64,000 bases of DNA from Candidatus Poribacteria bacterium (GTDB lineage: Bacteria > Poribacteria > WGA-4E > UBA9662): contig PAQF01000017.1 of NCBI GenBank assembly GCA_002709695.1, positions 3,051 through 67,050 on the forward strand, in the 5' to 3' direction. The number at the start of each line of letters is the position of its first letter. The stretch's first letter is position 1. Shown here piece after piece: positions 1-9,832 of the stretch. Both the position numbers and the translations under genes were made by a program. The notes beneath the pieces are model-generated. The model was not told the DNA's origin. It was given only the letters and a program-made list of their open reading frames with translations, and did no database searches.

Positions 1-341
1 GTAATTACAACAAAGATAGTATGAGCAGTATTACCACTCCAACTCCCATCACTGCGCTGTTTTTTGATCAGAAAATCCATACCACGATTAATAACTGTCC
101 ATCCAGACCCATGACCTTGCAATAACAATGCCTGCATAACCAAAGCTGTAACTTCAACATCACTATCTTCACCTGGAAGCAACGGCCAACCTCCATCTCG
201 ATTCTGATTGGATAACAGATAATTTTCCGCAAGTTCAATCGTTTCGCGCGTGGTCTTAGCAAAAATAAAACTTGCCGAGCATAAAAAAACCGTTACAACT
301 AACATCAACGAAATAAAAGGATAACATTTGGAAAATTTCAT
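1..341 (-). CDS. Partial CDS (N-terminal ~113 aa; gene continues beyond window start): secreted prenyltransferase/squalene-oxidase (PT/SQHop) repeat protein
   Basis: Manual minus-strand translation from ATG at 341 gives MKFSKCYPFISLMLVVTVFLCSASFIFAKTTRETIELAENYLLSNQNRDGGWPLLPGEDSDVEVTALVMQALLLQGHGSGWTVINRGMDFLIKKQRSDGSWSG... Contains a signal peptide followed by QxxDGGW / QxxDGSW repeats typical of terpene-cyclase/prenyltransferase alpha-alpha toroid repeats. Not in the ORF track because no stop falls in the window. Confidence 0.45.
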   Translation of the reverse strand, partial: MKFSKCYPFISLMLVVTVFLCSASFIFAKTTRETIELAENYLLSNQNRDGGWPLLPGEDSDVEVTALVMQALLLQGHGSGWTVINRGMDFLIKKQRSDGSWSGNTAHTIFVVI

Positions 342-365
342 TTATTCACCCGTTTACCATCAACC

Positions 366-1145
366 CTACCAAACATTTCTAACAGACATCTCTTCTTGCT
401 GAAGATAGGATTTAATACTACTAATTGAAAATTCACCATAATGGGTAATGGACGCAACTATCGCAGCGTCAGCACGGCTCTGAAGAAAAACGTCTCGAAG
501 ATGTTCTGGATTACCCGCACCACCAGAAGCAATCACTGGTACCGAAACCAATTCAGCTATTTTACCAGTCAGATCCAATTCGTACCCTGATTTTGTTCCG
601 TCTTGATCAATACTGTTTACTACAAGTTCCCCTGCTCCCAATTCAACCCCACGCTGACTCCACTCTAGCGCGTCAAACCCCATAGGTTGGCGTCCGCCAT
701 CAATATATATTTCATACCCGCTTGGCACTGAATCTCGCGGCTCAACATTTTTAACCTGCATACTCAAAACTACACACTGACTACCAAATGCCTCTGCCCC
801 TCTAGATATAAGACTAGGATCCCGAACCGCTCCTGAGTCAATAGAAACCTTTTCAGCACCTGCGAGCAAAACAGCACGCATATCCTCAAGAGTCCGTAAC
901 CCACCACCAACCGAAAACGGAATAAATATTTCACCAGCTACGGCAGATACAACTTCAATCATTATATTTCGCTTTTCATTACTAGCAGTAATATCATAAA
1001 ACACCAATTCATCTGCACCATTCTCATAATAGAATCTTGCCATCTCAACAGGATCACCAACATCAACGTTACCCTTGAACGCAACCCCCTTCGTCACTTT
1101 CCCATCCCGAACATCAAGACAGGGAATAATACGTTTGGTTACCAT
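366..1145 (-). CDS. hisF: Imidazole glycerol phosphate synthase cyclase subunit HisF
   Basis: 259 aa; [21 protein letters not shown]...[13 protein letters not shown]...[28 protein letters not shown]; canonical HisF (beta/alpha)8 barrel motifs along the full length. Confidence 0.9.
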   Translation of the reverse strand: MVTKRIIPCLDVRDGKVTKGVAFKGNVDVGDPVEMARFYYENGADELVFYDITASNEKRNIMIEVVSAVAGEIFIPFSVGGGLRTLEDMRAVLLAGAEKVSIDSGAVRDPSLISRGAEAFGSQCVVLSMQVKNVEPRDSVPSGYEIYIDGGRQPMGFDALEWSQRGVELGAGELVVNSIDQDGTKSGYELDLTGKIAELVSVPVIASGGAGNPEHLRDVFLQSRADAAIVASITHYGEFSISSIKSYLQQEEMSVRNVW

Positions 1146-1197
1146 AGAACTCCAATATCACATGATACAGATGTATTAATAACACAAGTATCCAAAC

Positions 1198-2289
1198 TCA
1201 TAAACGAGGCCTTAAATCATTAATATCTTTAATTACGTTTTCATGATTATCAATTACCGGTAACTGTCTATTTCCTTCAGAAGGTAATAGATCCTTCACA
1301 TCCTTATCCGTCTTGACAACAAATCCAGCATCTTCAATCATACGTATAACTCTCTCTCTATTACCACCTTTAGAATTCAAGTAACCATCAATAAAGAGTG
1401 AATTCGCGGGATAAAGTGCCATAACCTCCATACTACGAAGATGCAACTCCCGACCAGCAGCCACTCGAATATCAGCATCTGGGTTTACCAAACGATATAG
1501 AGCCAAAATACGCAAGCAATACTCTGGATTCAACTCCGGTGTTTGCGATAAAACATTACCTTCAAAAGGGATCAAGTAATTAATCGGTATTGAACTAACA
1601 CCTAATTCCCGAAATGTTTTAGCCAATTCGATGAGATCTTCTGTTTTTTCTCCCATCCCCACGATGATTCCAGAACAAAGCTCTATCCCAACCTGTTCGG
1701 CTGCCTGCAATGTATTGATTCGATCAGCATATGTATGAGTAGTGCAGATATTAGGATAATTTGTCTCTGAAGTATTGATGTTATGATTCAATCGATCTAA
1801 CCCAGCATGTTTAAGAACTTGAGCATCTTCTTTGTCCATAAGCCCCGCTGAAATACAAACCTGAATTGGAAACAGAGCTTTGATATGTCTAACCAACTGG
1901 GCCAAATGTTCCACACGCTTTTTTGATGGCCCTCGGCCAGCAAAGACCATACAGTAACGGAAAGCTCCAGATTCATAAGCCCGTTCTGCTTCATCAATAA
2001 TCTCTTTATCCGATTTCAGTGTATATTTTTCGATATCGGCATTTGATGAGTTCGCCTGACTACAATAATTGCAATCTTCAGGACAATACCCGTTTTGGGC
2101 ATTGTTGATCATGTGAAGCTGTACTTCATTACCGAAGTATTTTTTCCGTACCTGATAGGCAGCATCGAGTAACGGCAGCAATTCAGTTCCCGATGATGAG
2201 TTTAGTATTTGCATGCACAACTCATCGGATAAAAGTTTCCCTTGCATACTTTGCAATGTTAATTCACAATAAAATTCTTTTTCCATCAT
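1198..2289 (-). CDS. bioB: Biotin synthase (radical SAM)
   Basis: 363 aa; radical-SAM CxxxCxxC motif in the BioB context (GYCPEDCNYCSQ) plus additional Cys positions (RYCMVFAGRGP, CISAGL, CSGIIVGMGE) matching the BioB 2Fe-2S cluster ligands. Confidence 0.75.
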   Translation of the reverse strand: MMEKEFYCELTLQSMQGKLLSDELCMQILNSSSGTELLPLLDAAYQVRKKYFGNEVQLHMINNAQNGYCPEDCNYCSQANSSNADIEKYTLKSDKEIIDEAERAYESGAFRYCMVFAGRGPSKKRVEHLAQLVRHIKALFPIQVCISAGLMDKEDAQVLKHAGLDRLNHNINTSETNYPNICTTHTYADRINTLQAAEQVGIELCSGIIVGMGEKTEDLIELAKTFRELGVSSIPINYLIPFEGNVLSQTPELNPEYCLRILALYRLVNPDADIRVAAGRELHLRSMEVMALYPANSLFIDGYLNSKGGNRERVIRMIEDAGFVVKTDKDVKDLLPSEGNRQLPVIDNHENVIKDINDLRPRL

Positions 2290-2327
2290 TATTCTTCTTC
2301 CAGTTATTTACGACTTTCGGATACTAA

Positions 2328-5300
2328 CTAAAATCCTGGCAACCTATGAGAAACCTGACGTGTATTATATTCTAAACGATAACGAAGATAATCAGGGCCA
2401 TTGGGAAAATGCTCCCCATTTCCAGGGGGATAACTGGTCGCCCCATGAAACGGTAACGGCTCTACGCTTTGAGACGCCAGCGTATTAATATCACCATCTT
2501 TTACCCATCCATCGCTGAATAAAATAAACGATCTAATCCAACCATCTTTTAGAATTGGGAACTGATCAACATCAAACTCAACCGTTATTTCGTCACCAGC
2601 ATTCATAATAACAGACATACTCTCACTTTTTTGCAGTAATTCACCGACTTCACCATAACGAGTGTAGAAACCTCCTAAATCTCTCCATCGTCTTTTTTTA
2701 TCAATCTGAGAGTAATCATAAAGATGAGGTGCATGGGGTGTTGGCCGATACATCTTTGGAAAACCCAGATAGTGCAAATCCGCACGATTGGGATGCCGCC
2801 GCGTTATCTGCATCGAAACATCATGATCTCCTATAGTAAAGAAAGCACGATCCCAATAAACCTGCATATTAGTTACAATACGAAGACGCCGGTCGTCAGA
2901 TAAAAATTTATCGGTCAGATCGATAACCAGTGTTTTATTCTTCCCAGCAGGAATACCTATCAAATCAATAACAGTTTTCCATTCACCTCGATCAGTTTTT
3001 ACTTGAAGATATGGGAATCTCGGATTGATGGATGGATTTTGTGATATTGACACATTAATAGATGTATCAGTTGGAAAGACCCATCCCGTTAAAAATAAAA
3101 GGACTTGCTGGCGAACATCAATATCACCAAGATCAAGCTCGATAAAATGCTGGTCCACAACCCCCTGAAATTTTCCTGGCTTATGTTCCACAGCATATTG
3201 ATAATCAAACTCTCCAAGTGCTATTGACACATCGTGTCCATGATGATTAATAGCTGATTTAGGAAATCTCATTTCTCTAACAGCATGAATCTTAAACGCA
3301 GGAAACGGTAACGGCGTAAACCTTTCATCAATGAAAATTTGAGTATCAACAGGATGATCAACAGCAACCAACTGAACCTGATCAAAGTATGTTGTTTCCC
3401 ATAACTCTTCTGTAATCTGAATTGAATATGTCCCGTTTACCGGTTTCATTTTATGACCGATTAAAACATAATCTCTCGACGAATCAGAGGAAGCAACTGT
3501 CCCGATAGAAGTTACCATACCAAGTGCACTACGCCATAACAAATCGGTTTTAAACTGAAATTGTTCACCATCAAAAACATACAAAAATGGGCAAGACCCC
3601 TTCAAAACCTGTTTTTCTACAATCCGTTGATTCGTTTTAGGAGAAATGACGTTCTGTGGCACCCCGTTTGTCCAAACTATACGCAGAACATCTGCCTGCT
3701 CAAGAGATCCCAACCCAAAATGGATAAAACTATGTTTTCGAAACGCATTTTCTAAATCAGGATCGGCCTTAGAACTATGATCGGCAATGAGTTTTTCAAC
3801 GTATGTCATCTGGTATAGATCACCAGCTTTAATTTCAACTCTTGAACCTAACCCATAGGCATTATTCTTATTATTACCTTCAGAAACTGCTTCCAATTCA
3901 ATCTGCAACCAACCATTTTGGTTACCACCTTCATTCTGAATTAGAAACCTATGCTCCCAAGTCCCAACAAGAAGATCGAGATCTCCATCACTATCACAAT
4001 CTTCAACTAGACCGTCAACCCAATTCCGTTTTCTACTAACATCATCCTGCAAGGTGGTTTCCGGAGTTTTTTTTACAGGCAGATCAGATAGTTTGAAAGT
4101 GGGAATCAAATATGATACGTCAGAAAATTGTGTAATCCCATCGTTTCGGAACAGCGACATCCGTTGTTCATCAATCACCCACACATCAAGATATCCATCA
4201 TTATCATAATCCATGAAATGAACATCTACTCCACCAAAAGCCATCAACGTAATATCTTTGATAAATTCTCCATCACCCCGATTTAAATAAAGCTGTGTAT
4301 CTACCTTAGTAGTTACACAGATATCAAGAGCCCCATCATGATCATAGTCCGCACTATCAATAGCAAGAGCTGCCTCTAACCCGTTCAAAATATTGGTCAC
4401 GGCAAACTTGCCTTGTCTCAGATTATCTAGCAGTAAACACCCTCGGCTAAGACTTGCCACTATGATATCCAAGTCACCATCATTATCAAAATCACCAGAT
4501 GTAACAGATCGTCCTCCTGAATCCAGAGTAGGGTAAAACGTTCGATCTGAGACATCAAGAAAGCTATTATCACCATTATTTCGATGCATTTGAACTCGAT
4601 CAGGAAAAACTGTTAAATTGTCGAGATCACCATCGTGATCATAGTCAATCCGGAGACGAACCAAACCTGGGGTTCTAGAAATCACTGCATGATGTATCGG
4701 CTGAGAAAAATTGACCGTAACCGGCTTGGTTTTGGTTGCTACCAAACGAGACTTAAAGCGGTGATCGAATTCCTCAATCGGGTGCCCCAATATTGGAGTA
4801 ATCAATTCACCAATCCCCTGCTGATATCTCGGCGAATTTTTATTAATGTTTTCAAAAATACGAAAATTCCGGTTAGCTCCTTTCATATCGCCTACTTCAA
4901 CCTGCTTCATACCCTCATCAAGATATTTAAGCTTCTCCAAATCAATATCAGAAAGTAATACACGTAACTCTTTGCCAATCTGTTCAACCTGTTCAACATC
5001 ACCATTATTTAATAATAATGCTTGTGCTAGCTTAAGAAGCACTACGATATTTGTGGGCGTCAGCTTTCGCAAAAACCTGAGATCCATGATCGCCCTAGAG
5101 ATAGCCTTGGTATTTCGGCGGTCGCGCAAATTTTCACGGATTAGCAGATAGCGAACTTCCAAATCATCGGGCTTTAATCGCAACGCTTCTTTTAACTCAG
5201 TAACAGCTTGGTCTGACTTCCCTTGAAAATGATAAATCTCCGAATAAATAAAATGTAGCTGGCTATTTAATGGCACGGTAGCAATTCCACGTTGAATTGC

Positions 5301-5615
5301 CTCCTCAGCTGCATCAACTTGTCTAAGACGCAAATAAGCAACAGCAAGATTGGCATACCCAATAGCCTCATTAGGTAAAAGTTCAATCAGATTTTCAAAT
5401 TGCGTGACTGCTTTCAACGGTTGAGATTCTTCTAAATAAGCAAGTCCCATATTCTGGCATTGGATTGCAGACACAATAGTGGAGTCAACTTCACCGACTT
5501 CTGCTGATGTTGACGAAAACACGACAACGAAAAGACCAAACAAAAGTTGCATCCAGAACAACAAATTCCGATCAATAAAACACAAATTCGGTAAATTCAT
5601 ATCATTATGACTCAT
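2328..5615 (-). CDS. TPR-repeat / FG-GAP (VCBS) repeat / ASPIC-UnbV fusion protein (CRTAC1-like), 1095 aa, secreted
   Basis: N-terminal hydrophobic segment and TPR repeats; multiple DxDxDGxxD FG-GAP calcium-binding repeats (DHDGDLD, DNDGDLD, DHDGALD, DYDNDGYLD, DSDGDLD); ASPIC/UnbV-like region (NAYGLGSRVEIKAGD...VEKLI...ADVLRIVWTNG) followed by a long C-terminal extension. Confidence 0.7.
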   Translation of the reverse strand: MSHNDMNLPNLCFIDRNLLFWMQLLFGLFVVVFSSTSAEVGEVDSTIVSAIQCQNMGLAYLEESQPLKAVTQFENLIELLPNEAIGYANLAVAYLRLRQVDAAEEAIQRGIATVPLNSQLHFIYSEIYHFQGKSDQAVTELKEALRLKPDDLEVRYLLIRENLRDRRNTKAISRAIMDLRFLRKLTPTNIVVLLKLAQALLLNNGDVEQVEQIGKELRVLLSDIDLEKLKYLDEGMKQVEVGDMKGANRNFRIFENINKNSPRYQQGIGELITPILGHPIEEFDHRFKSRLVATKTKPVTVNFSQPIHHAVISRTPGLVRLRIDYDHDGDLDNLTVFPDRVQMHRNNGDNSFLDVSDRTFYPTLDSGGRSVTSGDFDNDGDLDIIVASLSRGCLLLDNLRQGKFAVTNILNGLEAALAIDSADYDHDGALDICVTTKVDTQLYLNRGDGEFIKDITLMAFGGVDVHFMDYDNDGYLDVWVIDEQRMSLFRNDGITQFSDVSYLIPTFKLSDLPVKKTPETTLQDDVSRKRNWVDGLVEDCDSDGDLDLLVGTWEHRFLIQNEGGNQNGWLQIELEAVSEGNNKNNAYGLGSRVEIKAGDLYQMTYVEKLIADHSSKADPDLENAFRKHSFIHFGLGSLEQADVLRIVWTNGVPQNVISPKTNQRIVEKQVLKGSCPFLYVFDGEQFQFKTDLLWRSALGMVTSIGTVASSDSSRDYVLIGHKMKPVNGTYSIQITEELWETTYFDQVQLVAVDHPVDTQIFIDERFTPLPFPAFKIHAVREMRFPKSAINHHGHDVSIALGEFDYQYAVEHKPGKFQGVVDQHFIELDLGDIDVRQQVLLFLTGWVFPTDTSINVSISQNPSINPRFPYLQVKTDRGEWKTVIDLIGIPAGKNKTLVIDLTDKFLSDDRRLRIVTNMQVYWDRAFFTIGDHDVSMQITRRHPNRADLHYLGFPKMYRPTPHAPHLYDYSQIDKKRRWRDLGGFYTRYGEVGELLQKSESMSVIMNAGDEITVEFDVDQFPILKDGWIRSFILFSDGWVKDGDINTLASQSVEPLPFHGATSYPPGNGEHFPNGPDYLRYRLEYNTRQVSHRLPGF

Positions 5616-5855
5616 TACCTAATATTCGACTAACCTTTCAACAGTTTCCTTAATATGAACCACACAAAACTTCAACAAAAGAACTTTGCCTCAATATTCT
5701 ATACATTTACAAACACCAACTTTGCCTAAAAAACCTAAATTGGTTTGATTTAAACACTATAAGAATTAAACAAACAAGCATACCTATCACACGTTTTTTT
5801 AAATCTCTCTAGCGACAACTGGAGGAAAAACGATAGGGTGCACCCAAATCCGAAT

Positions 5856-6059
5856 TCAAAAACTTAACAGAAAACCTATCAGCAGAAGTGTGAATCCAAG
5901 ACGAACCAAGCAATTTACAACAAGTTTTTTAAACTCACCACTGGTTACCAGAAAGAAAGGACTTTTGTTATCTTCATTGTAACTTTTCGGTATTGGATTT
6001 ACCACTAATTCTCCGAGTTCATCTCTGCGGGACAGATCAACATTCGCACTTAAATACAA
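5856..6059 (-). CDS. Hypothetical small protein with C-terminal hydrophobic helix
   Basis: 67-aa ORF in a 530-bp gap between two minus-strand genes; no recognisable motif; could be spurious. Confidence 0.15.
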   Translation of the reverse strand: MYLSANVDLSRRDELGELVVNPIPKSYNEDNKSPFFLVTSGEFKKLVVNCLVRLGFTLLLIGFLLSF

Positions 6060-6149
6060 CTATCCCATCTGTATAAGATTTAGATATGTATATTTGATCA
6101 TTACAACCCCCAATTGGCACGAAAAACCACCTTCAACTGGCAATCACCA

Positions 6150-8063
6150 CTATTCTTGCTTCTGTTTCTTAAGACTGAGAAGTAAGACTACTAAAGCAAT
6201 AATCACCAGTACCGGGCCCAGCGCCAATTTGAATTTGTTGTTCCTGATTCCTTTCACATAGCGCAGATTATTTTGAGCATCAATATAATCAGGATTAAGC
6301 AGGATCGCCTTCTCCAAGTACTTTATTGCTTGATCACGATTCCCAATCTTAAAGTAAATAATTCCCAAATTATTGTGAATAAAAGCGTTAGTCGGACTGA
6401 CCTTCAAAGCTTTTAGGTACGCAGAAATGGCACTGTCCAAGTCGTTCTGCAGACTCTGTTCCCATCCAGTTTCCGCAAGTGTTTTGGTAATTTTCTGTGT
6501 TACATAACGGAGATTGTTCTGAGCATCCACATAATCAGGATCAAGCAGGATCGCCTTCTCCAAATAACTAACTGCTTCTTCATAATTAAGACCATTAAAA
6601 TAAATCACTCCCAAATTACTATATAGCTCTGGATTTTCTGGATTGATTTCCAGCGCTCGCAGATATGTAGCAATTGCTTCATCAAGAGCCCCTTGAAGGT
6701 TCTGTTCCCATCCAATCCGTGTCAATGTTTCTGAAAGATTGTGACGCGCTTGCCAAGATTGTGGATCATATTTCAATGCATCTTGGTAAAATTCACGAGC
6801 AGTTGCCCATGCCTTTTGATGAGAAAACTGTGTCCCTATATTGTTAAGTGTCGTTGCGAGACCAACACGGGCAATGCTATCTCGCGGATATCGACTTAAG
6901 ATTTTCTCATAGATTTTCTGTGCAGAAGCATAATCTGCCAATAATTCATATGATACAGCCAAATCATATAACAGAATCTTCGATTGGTTAAAACGTTCCA
7001 AACCTTGCTGCAACCTGGTAATCGCTTGGGAATAATTTTGGTGATCAATCAGCTCCATACCCCATTGATGATAGGCTGCAAGTAGATTCTGATTCAACTT
7101 TGACGAATTTGGTTCGAGCCTTAAAGCTTGATGCAAATAATCAATAGATTGCTCGTACTTCTGCTGAAGCAAGTAGAGTGTTCCCAACACACCAAGAATT
7201 TCTGACGACCGAACCATACCAGCCAATCTGCTATATTGCGCAGCAGCATGGTCAAATTTTCCGATCTTATGGAAAATTTGTGCTAATTGCAATCTTGGAA
7301 TAGGAGATTGAGGATCAATAGCCAACGCCTTCTGAAAAGTTGTAATCGCATCTTCATCTCTACCTTGATCAGCATAAACACTGCCAAGCGACAGATAGTT
7401 TTCAGCAATTTCTGGGTTTTTATCAATATGTCGCTTCAATGCGACAATAGCCTGCTGGTGAAACGATTGATCAATGAGTTCAGTACGAACCTTCTTCCAT
7501 GTTGTAATATCCCTAGAAGAGGGCTTATCAACGGTTGGAATATCAAACATAACATCTTTGGAATTATTACTATGACCCCATAAACCTATTGCATGACCAA
7601 TTTCATGTAGGAGAATCGGTTTCAATTGCTCGGGCTTGACGATACTCAGCGTTTTCCGATCACGTAGCAGAACCTTGATTTCAACGTGAAATCCGGATTG
7701 GGTTCGCAAAAGGGTTGCTTCTCCTACATTTCTACTAAGGTTGTTGCTACGACGTTGATGCGTCCAATCAATTCGAATATCCGCAGATTGTCTATCAGGA
7801 ACAATATGAAACACAACCGAGTTGCGCGTTGCATCTCCCCACAACTTGAGGACTTCAACCAATAGTCGTTCATAAATCGGCACCACATGCGTTTCAAGTG
7901 GAATTGGTGCGGAAAAGACTGATACTCGATGGCGATCAAAATAAGTTATACGACCATTCGAAGAGTTCGTACACTCAGAAAAATAATCACTAGCACAAAC
8001 TGAATTCGATAACACACGACTACAAACAACGAATAAAACCAGTGATTTACAGTATTTCTCCAT
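6150..8063 (-). CDS. Secreted zinc metalloprotease (matrixin/metzincin-like HExxHxxGxxH) fused to TPR repeats, with C-terminal membrane anchor
   Basis: Start refined to MEKYCKSLVLFVVCSRVLSNSVCA (signal peptide). HEIGHAIGLWGHS zinc-binding motif; about 10 TPR-like repeats (AIxxYxKALxxxP pattern); the C-terminus LGPVLVIIALVVLLLSLKKQKQE is a TM helix plus basic tail. Confidence 0.65.
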   Translation of the reverse strand: MEKYCKSLVLFVVCSRVLSNSVCASDYFSECTNSSNGRITYFDRHRVSVFSAPIPLETHVVPIYERLLVEVLKLWGDATRNSVVFHIVPDRQSADIRIDWTHQRRSNNLSRNVGEATLLRTQSGFHVEIKVLLRDRKTLSIVKPEQLKPILLHEIGHAIGLWGHSNNSKDVMFDIPTVDKPSSRDITTWKKVRTELIDQSFHQQAIVALKRHIDKNPEIAENYLSLGSVYADQGRDEDAITTFQKALAIDPQSPIPRLQLAQIFHKIGKFDHAAAQYSRLAGMVRSSEILGVLGTLYLLQQKYEQSIDYLHQALRLEPNSSKLNQNLLAAYHQWGMELIDHQNYSQAITRLQQGLERFNQSKILLYDLAVSYELLADYASAQKIYEKILSRYPRDSIARVGLATTLNNIGTQFSHQKAWATAREFYQDALKYDPQSWQARHNLSETLTRIGWEQNLQGALDEAIATYLRALEINPENPELYSNLGVIYFNGLNYEEAVSYLEKAILLDPDYVDAQNNLRYVTQKITKTLAETGWEQSLQNDLDSAISAYLKALKVSPTNAFIHNNLGIIYFKIGNRDQAIKYLEKAILLNPDYIDAQNNLRYVKGIRNNKFKLALGPVLVIIALVVLLLSLKKQKQE

Positions 8064-8157
8064 AGATAATCCCTCATAGGAAACCCAATTATCGCAATAA
8101 TAACACTGGGTCATAACGTTGTCAATTTCTCAGAACCAATGACCATTTCCCATTTTT

Positions 8158-8172
8158 TGGCACATACCTTGC
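8158..8172 (+). promoter_or_regulatory. Sigma-54 (RpoN) -24/-12 promoter upstream of flgF
   Basis: TTGGCACatacCTTGCT matches the consensus TGGCAC-N5-TTGC exactly, about 50 nt upstream of the flgF ATG (8223); a GGAG ribosome-binding site sits at 8212-8215. Confidence 0.5.
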
Positions 8173-8222
8173 TTGTTCAGAAAAACAGATTCGCAAGCAA
8201 GAATCAAAAATGGAGAAATGGA

Positions 8223-9005
8223 ATGCAAGGAATCTATAAAGCTGCACAAGGTATGATTTATGAAACGATGCGTATTGATATCATCGCTAATAATCTGGCC
8301 AACGCAGATGCAAATGGATACAAAGGAAGTGCACTTCAAGTAACTTCAACATTTGATGCAGAGCTCACCCAAGTTCTTGAAGAGAAAATGAATGTTAAAC
8401 CACCCTCAAATATAAGTCAAAATTCTGAATTGTTGGTAGCTCGATACAATATTGATTTCCAACAAGGCCCATTAAAAGAAACCAATGAAATATATGATGT
8501 TGGTATTGCCGGTCGAGGTTTCTTCGGCATTCAAAATGTTGATGGCTCGACAGTTTTCACCCGAGACGGGAGTTTCACGACCAACGACCAAGGACAGCTT
8601 GTAAATGGCCAGGGATTATTTGTCCTAGATCAAAGTGGTCAACCAATTCGCATACCAAACGGTGTCAGTGAACTCACGATAGGTGCAGATGGACGCATGT
8701 TTGCCGATGATGTGGAGTTTTCACAATTAATGTTGATTGATTTTGAGCAAAATGATCCTTATCCTCTGGGAAAAGTCGGCGGAAATCTATTTGAAATAAA
8801 TGACCCCAACGCACAACCAATTCCACTGAAAGCAACCCGTGGTGTTTCAACAATCAAACAAGGTTTCCTAGAATCAGCAAATGTAAACGTTGTCCACGAA
8901 ATGGTAAATATGATCCAAACTTTACGTAACTTCCAAGGATATCAGAAAACGATCCAAGCCCTGGATGAAACCGTACAACTAATCAACGATACTGCCAAGC
9001 AATAA
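8223..9005 (+). CDS. flgF: Flagellar basal-body rod protein FlgF
   Basis: Start refined to MQGIYKAAQGMIYETMRIDIIANNLANADANGYKG (Flg_bb_rod N-terminal signature); the C-terminal rod-protein domain is present; lies upstream of flgG. Confidence 0.8.
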   Translation: MQGIYKAAQGMIYETMRIDIIANNLANADANGYKGSALQVTSTFDAELTQVLEEKMNVKPPSNISQNSELLVARYNIDFQQGPLKETNEIYDVGIAGRGFFGIQNVDGSTVFTRDGSFTTNDQGQLVNGQGLFVLDQSGQPIRIPNGVSELTIGADGRMFADDVEFSQLMLIDFEQNDPYPLGKVGGNLFEINDPNAQPIPLKATRGVSTIKQGFLESANVNVVHEMVNMIQTLRNFQGYQKTIQALDETVQLINDTAKQ

Positions 9006-9026
9006 CACTCAATTGGAGAAGAAATT

Positions 9027-9815
9027 ATGATGCGTGCAATGTGGTCGGCCGCTTCCGGGATGGTTGCCCAACAAAAAAATATTGACGTTATTTCAAACAA
9101 TATTTCGAATGTGAACACGGTTGGTTTTAAAGGAAGCCGTGCCGATTTCCAAGATCTTATCTACCAAATCGTTCGCCCAGCTGGCACACTCAACCAATTA
9201 GGCACCGAAATACCAACAGGAATCGAAATTGGTCACGGAACACAACTTGTCGCCACTCCAACCCGGTTTTCACAGGGAGATCTAAAGGACACCGAAGATT
9301 CCCTAGACTTAGCAATCCAAGGTCCAGGGTTCTTCAAAATTCAAATGCCCGATGGACAATTCGGCTATACTCGTGCAGGCGCTTTCACACTTGATAGTGC
9401 ACGCAGTTTAGTAACCGCCAGTGGTTATCCATTGGATCCAAATATCTCAGTACCATCAGAAGCCAGTGATATCCTCATTTCGGAAGATGGTACCGTCTCC
9501 ATTCGTTTACCAGGTCAAATCGAATCTAACCTAATCGGCAACATTCAGTTATCTACTTTCCCAAACCCACGCGGATTACAGCATGCCGGACGCGGTCTAT
9601 ATCTACCTACAGGCGCTGCTGGAGATGAAACTATGGGTACTCCAGGTAAAGATGGTATCGGCACTCTCAGGTCAGGAATGCTTGAAATGTCAAATGTCAA
9701 GATTGTTGATGAGATGGTTGGCATGATCGTTGCTCAAAGAGCTTATGAAGCTAATTCAAAATCGATCCAAACAGCTGATGAAATGCTAAACGCTGCAAAT
9801 ACACTCCGTAGATAA
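9027..9815 (+). CDS. flgG: Flagellar basal-body distal rod protein FlgG
   Basis: MMRAMWSAASGMVAQQKNIDVISNNISNVNTVGFKGSRADFQDL...; length 262 aa and the C-terminal NAANTLRR are typical of FlgG. Confidence 0.85.
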   Translation: MMRAMWSAASGMVAQQKNIDVISNNISNVNTVGFKGSRADFQDLIYQIVRPAGTLNQLGTEIPTGIEIGHGTQLVATPTRFSQGDLKDTEDSLDLAIQGPGFFKIQMPDGQFGYTRAGAFTLDSARSLVTASGYPLDPNISVPSEASDILISEDGTVSIRLPGQIESNLIGNIQLSTFPNPRGLQHAGRGLYLPTGAAGDETMGTPGKDGIGTLRSGMLEMSNVKIVDEMVGMIVAQRAYEANSKSIQTADEMLNAANTLRR

Positions 9816-9832
9816 AAAGGATAAATAGTTAG

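Noticed and set aside
68-262. 64-aa minus-strand ORF from the track
   Set aside because: It lies inside, and out of frame with, the much better supported partial PT/SQHop-repeat gene (1..341, minus strand) that runs off the window edge; it has no motif support.
3561-5151. Plus-strand ORFs (64-107 aa) inside the 1095-aa TPR/FG-GAP gene
   Set aside because: They are antisense to a well-supported long gene and have no motifs.
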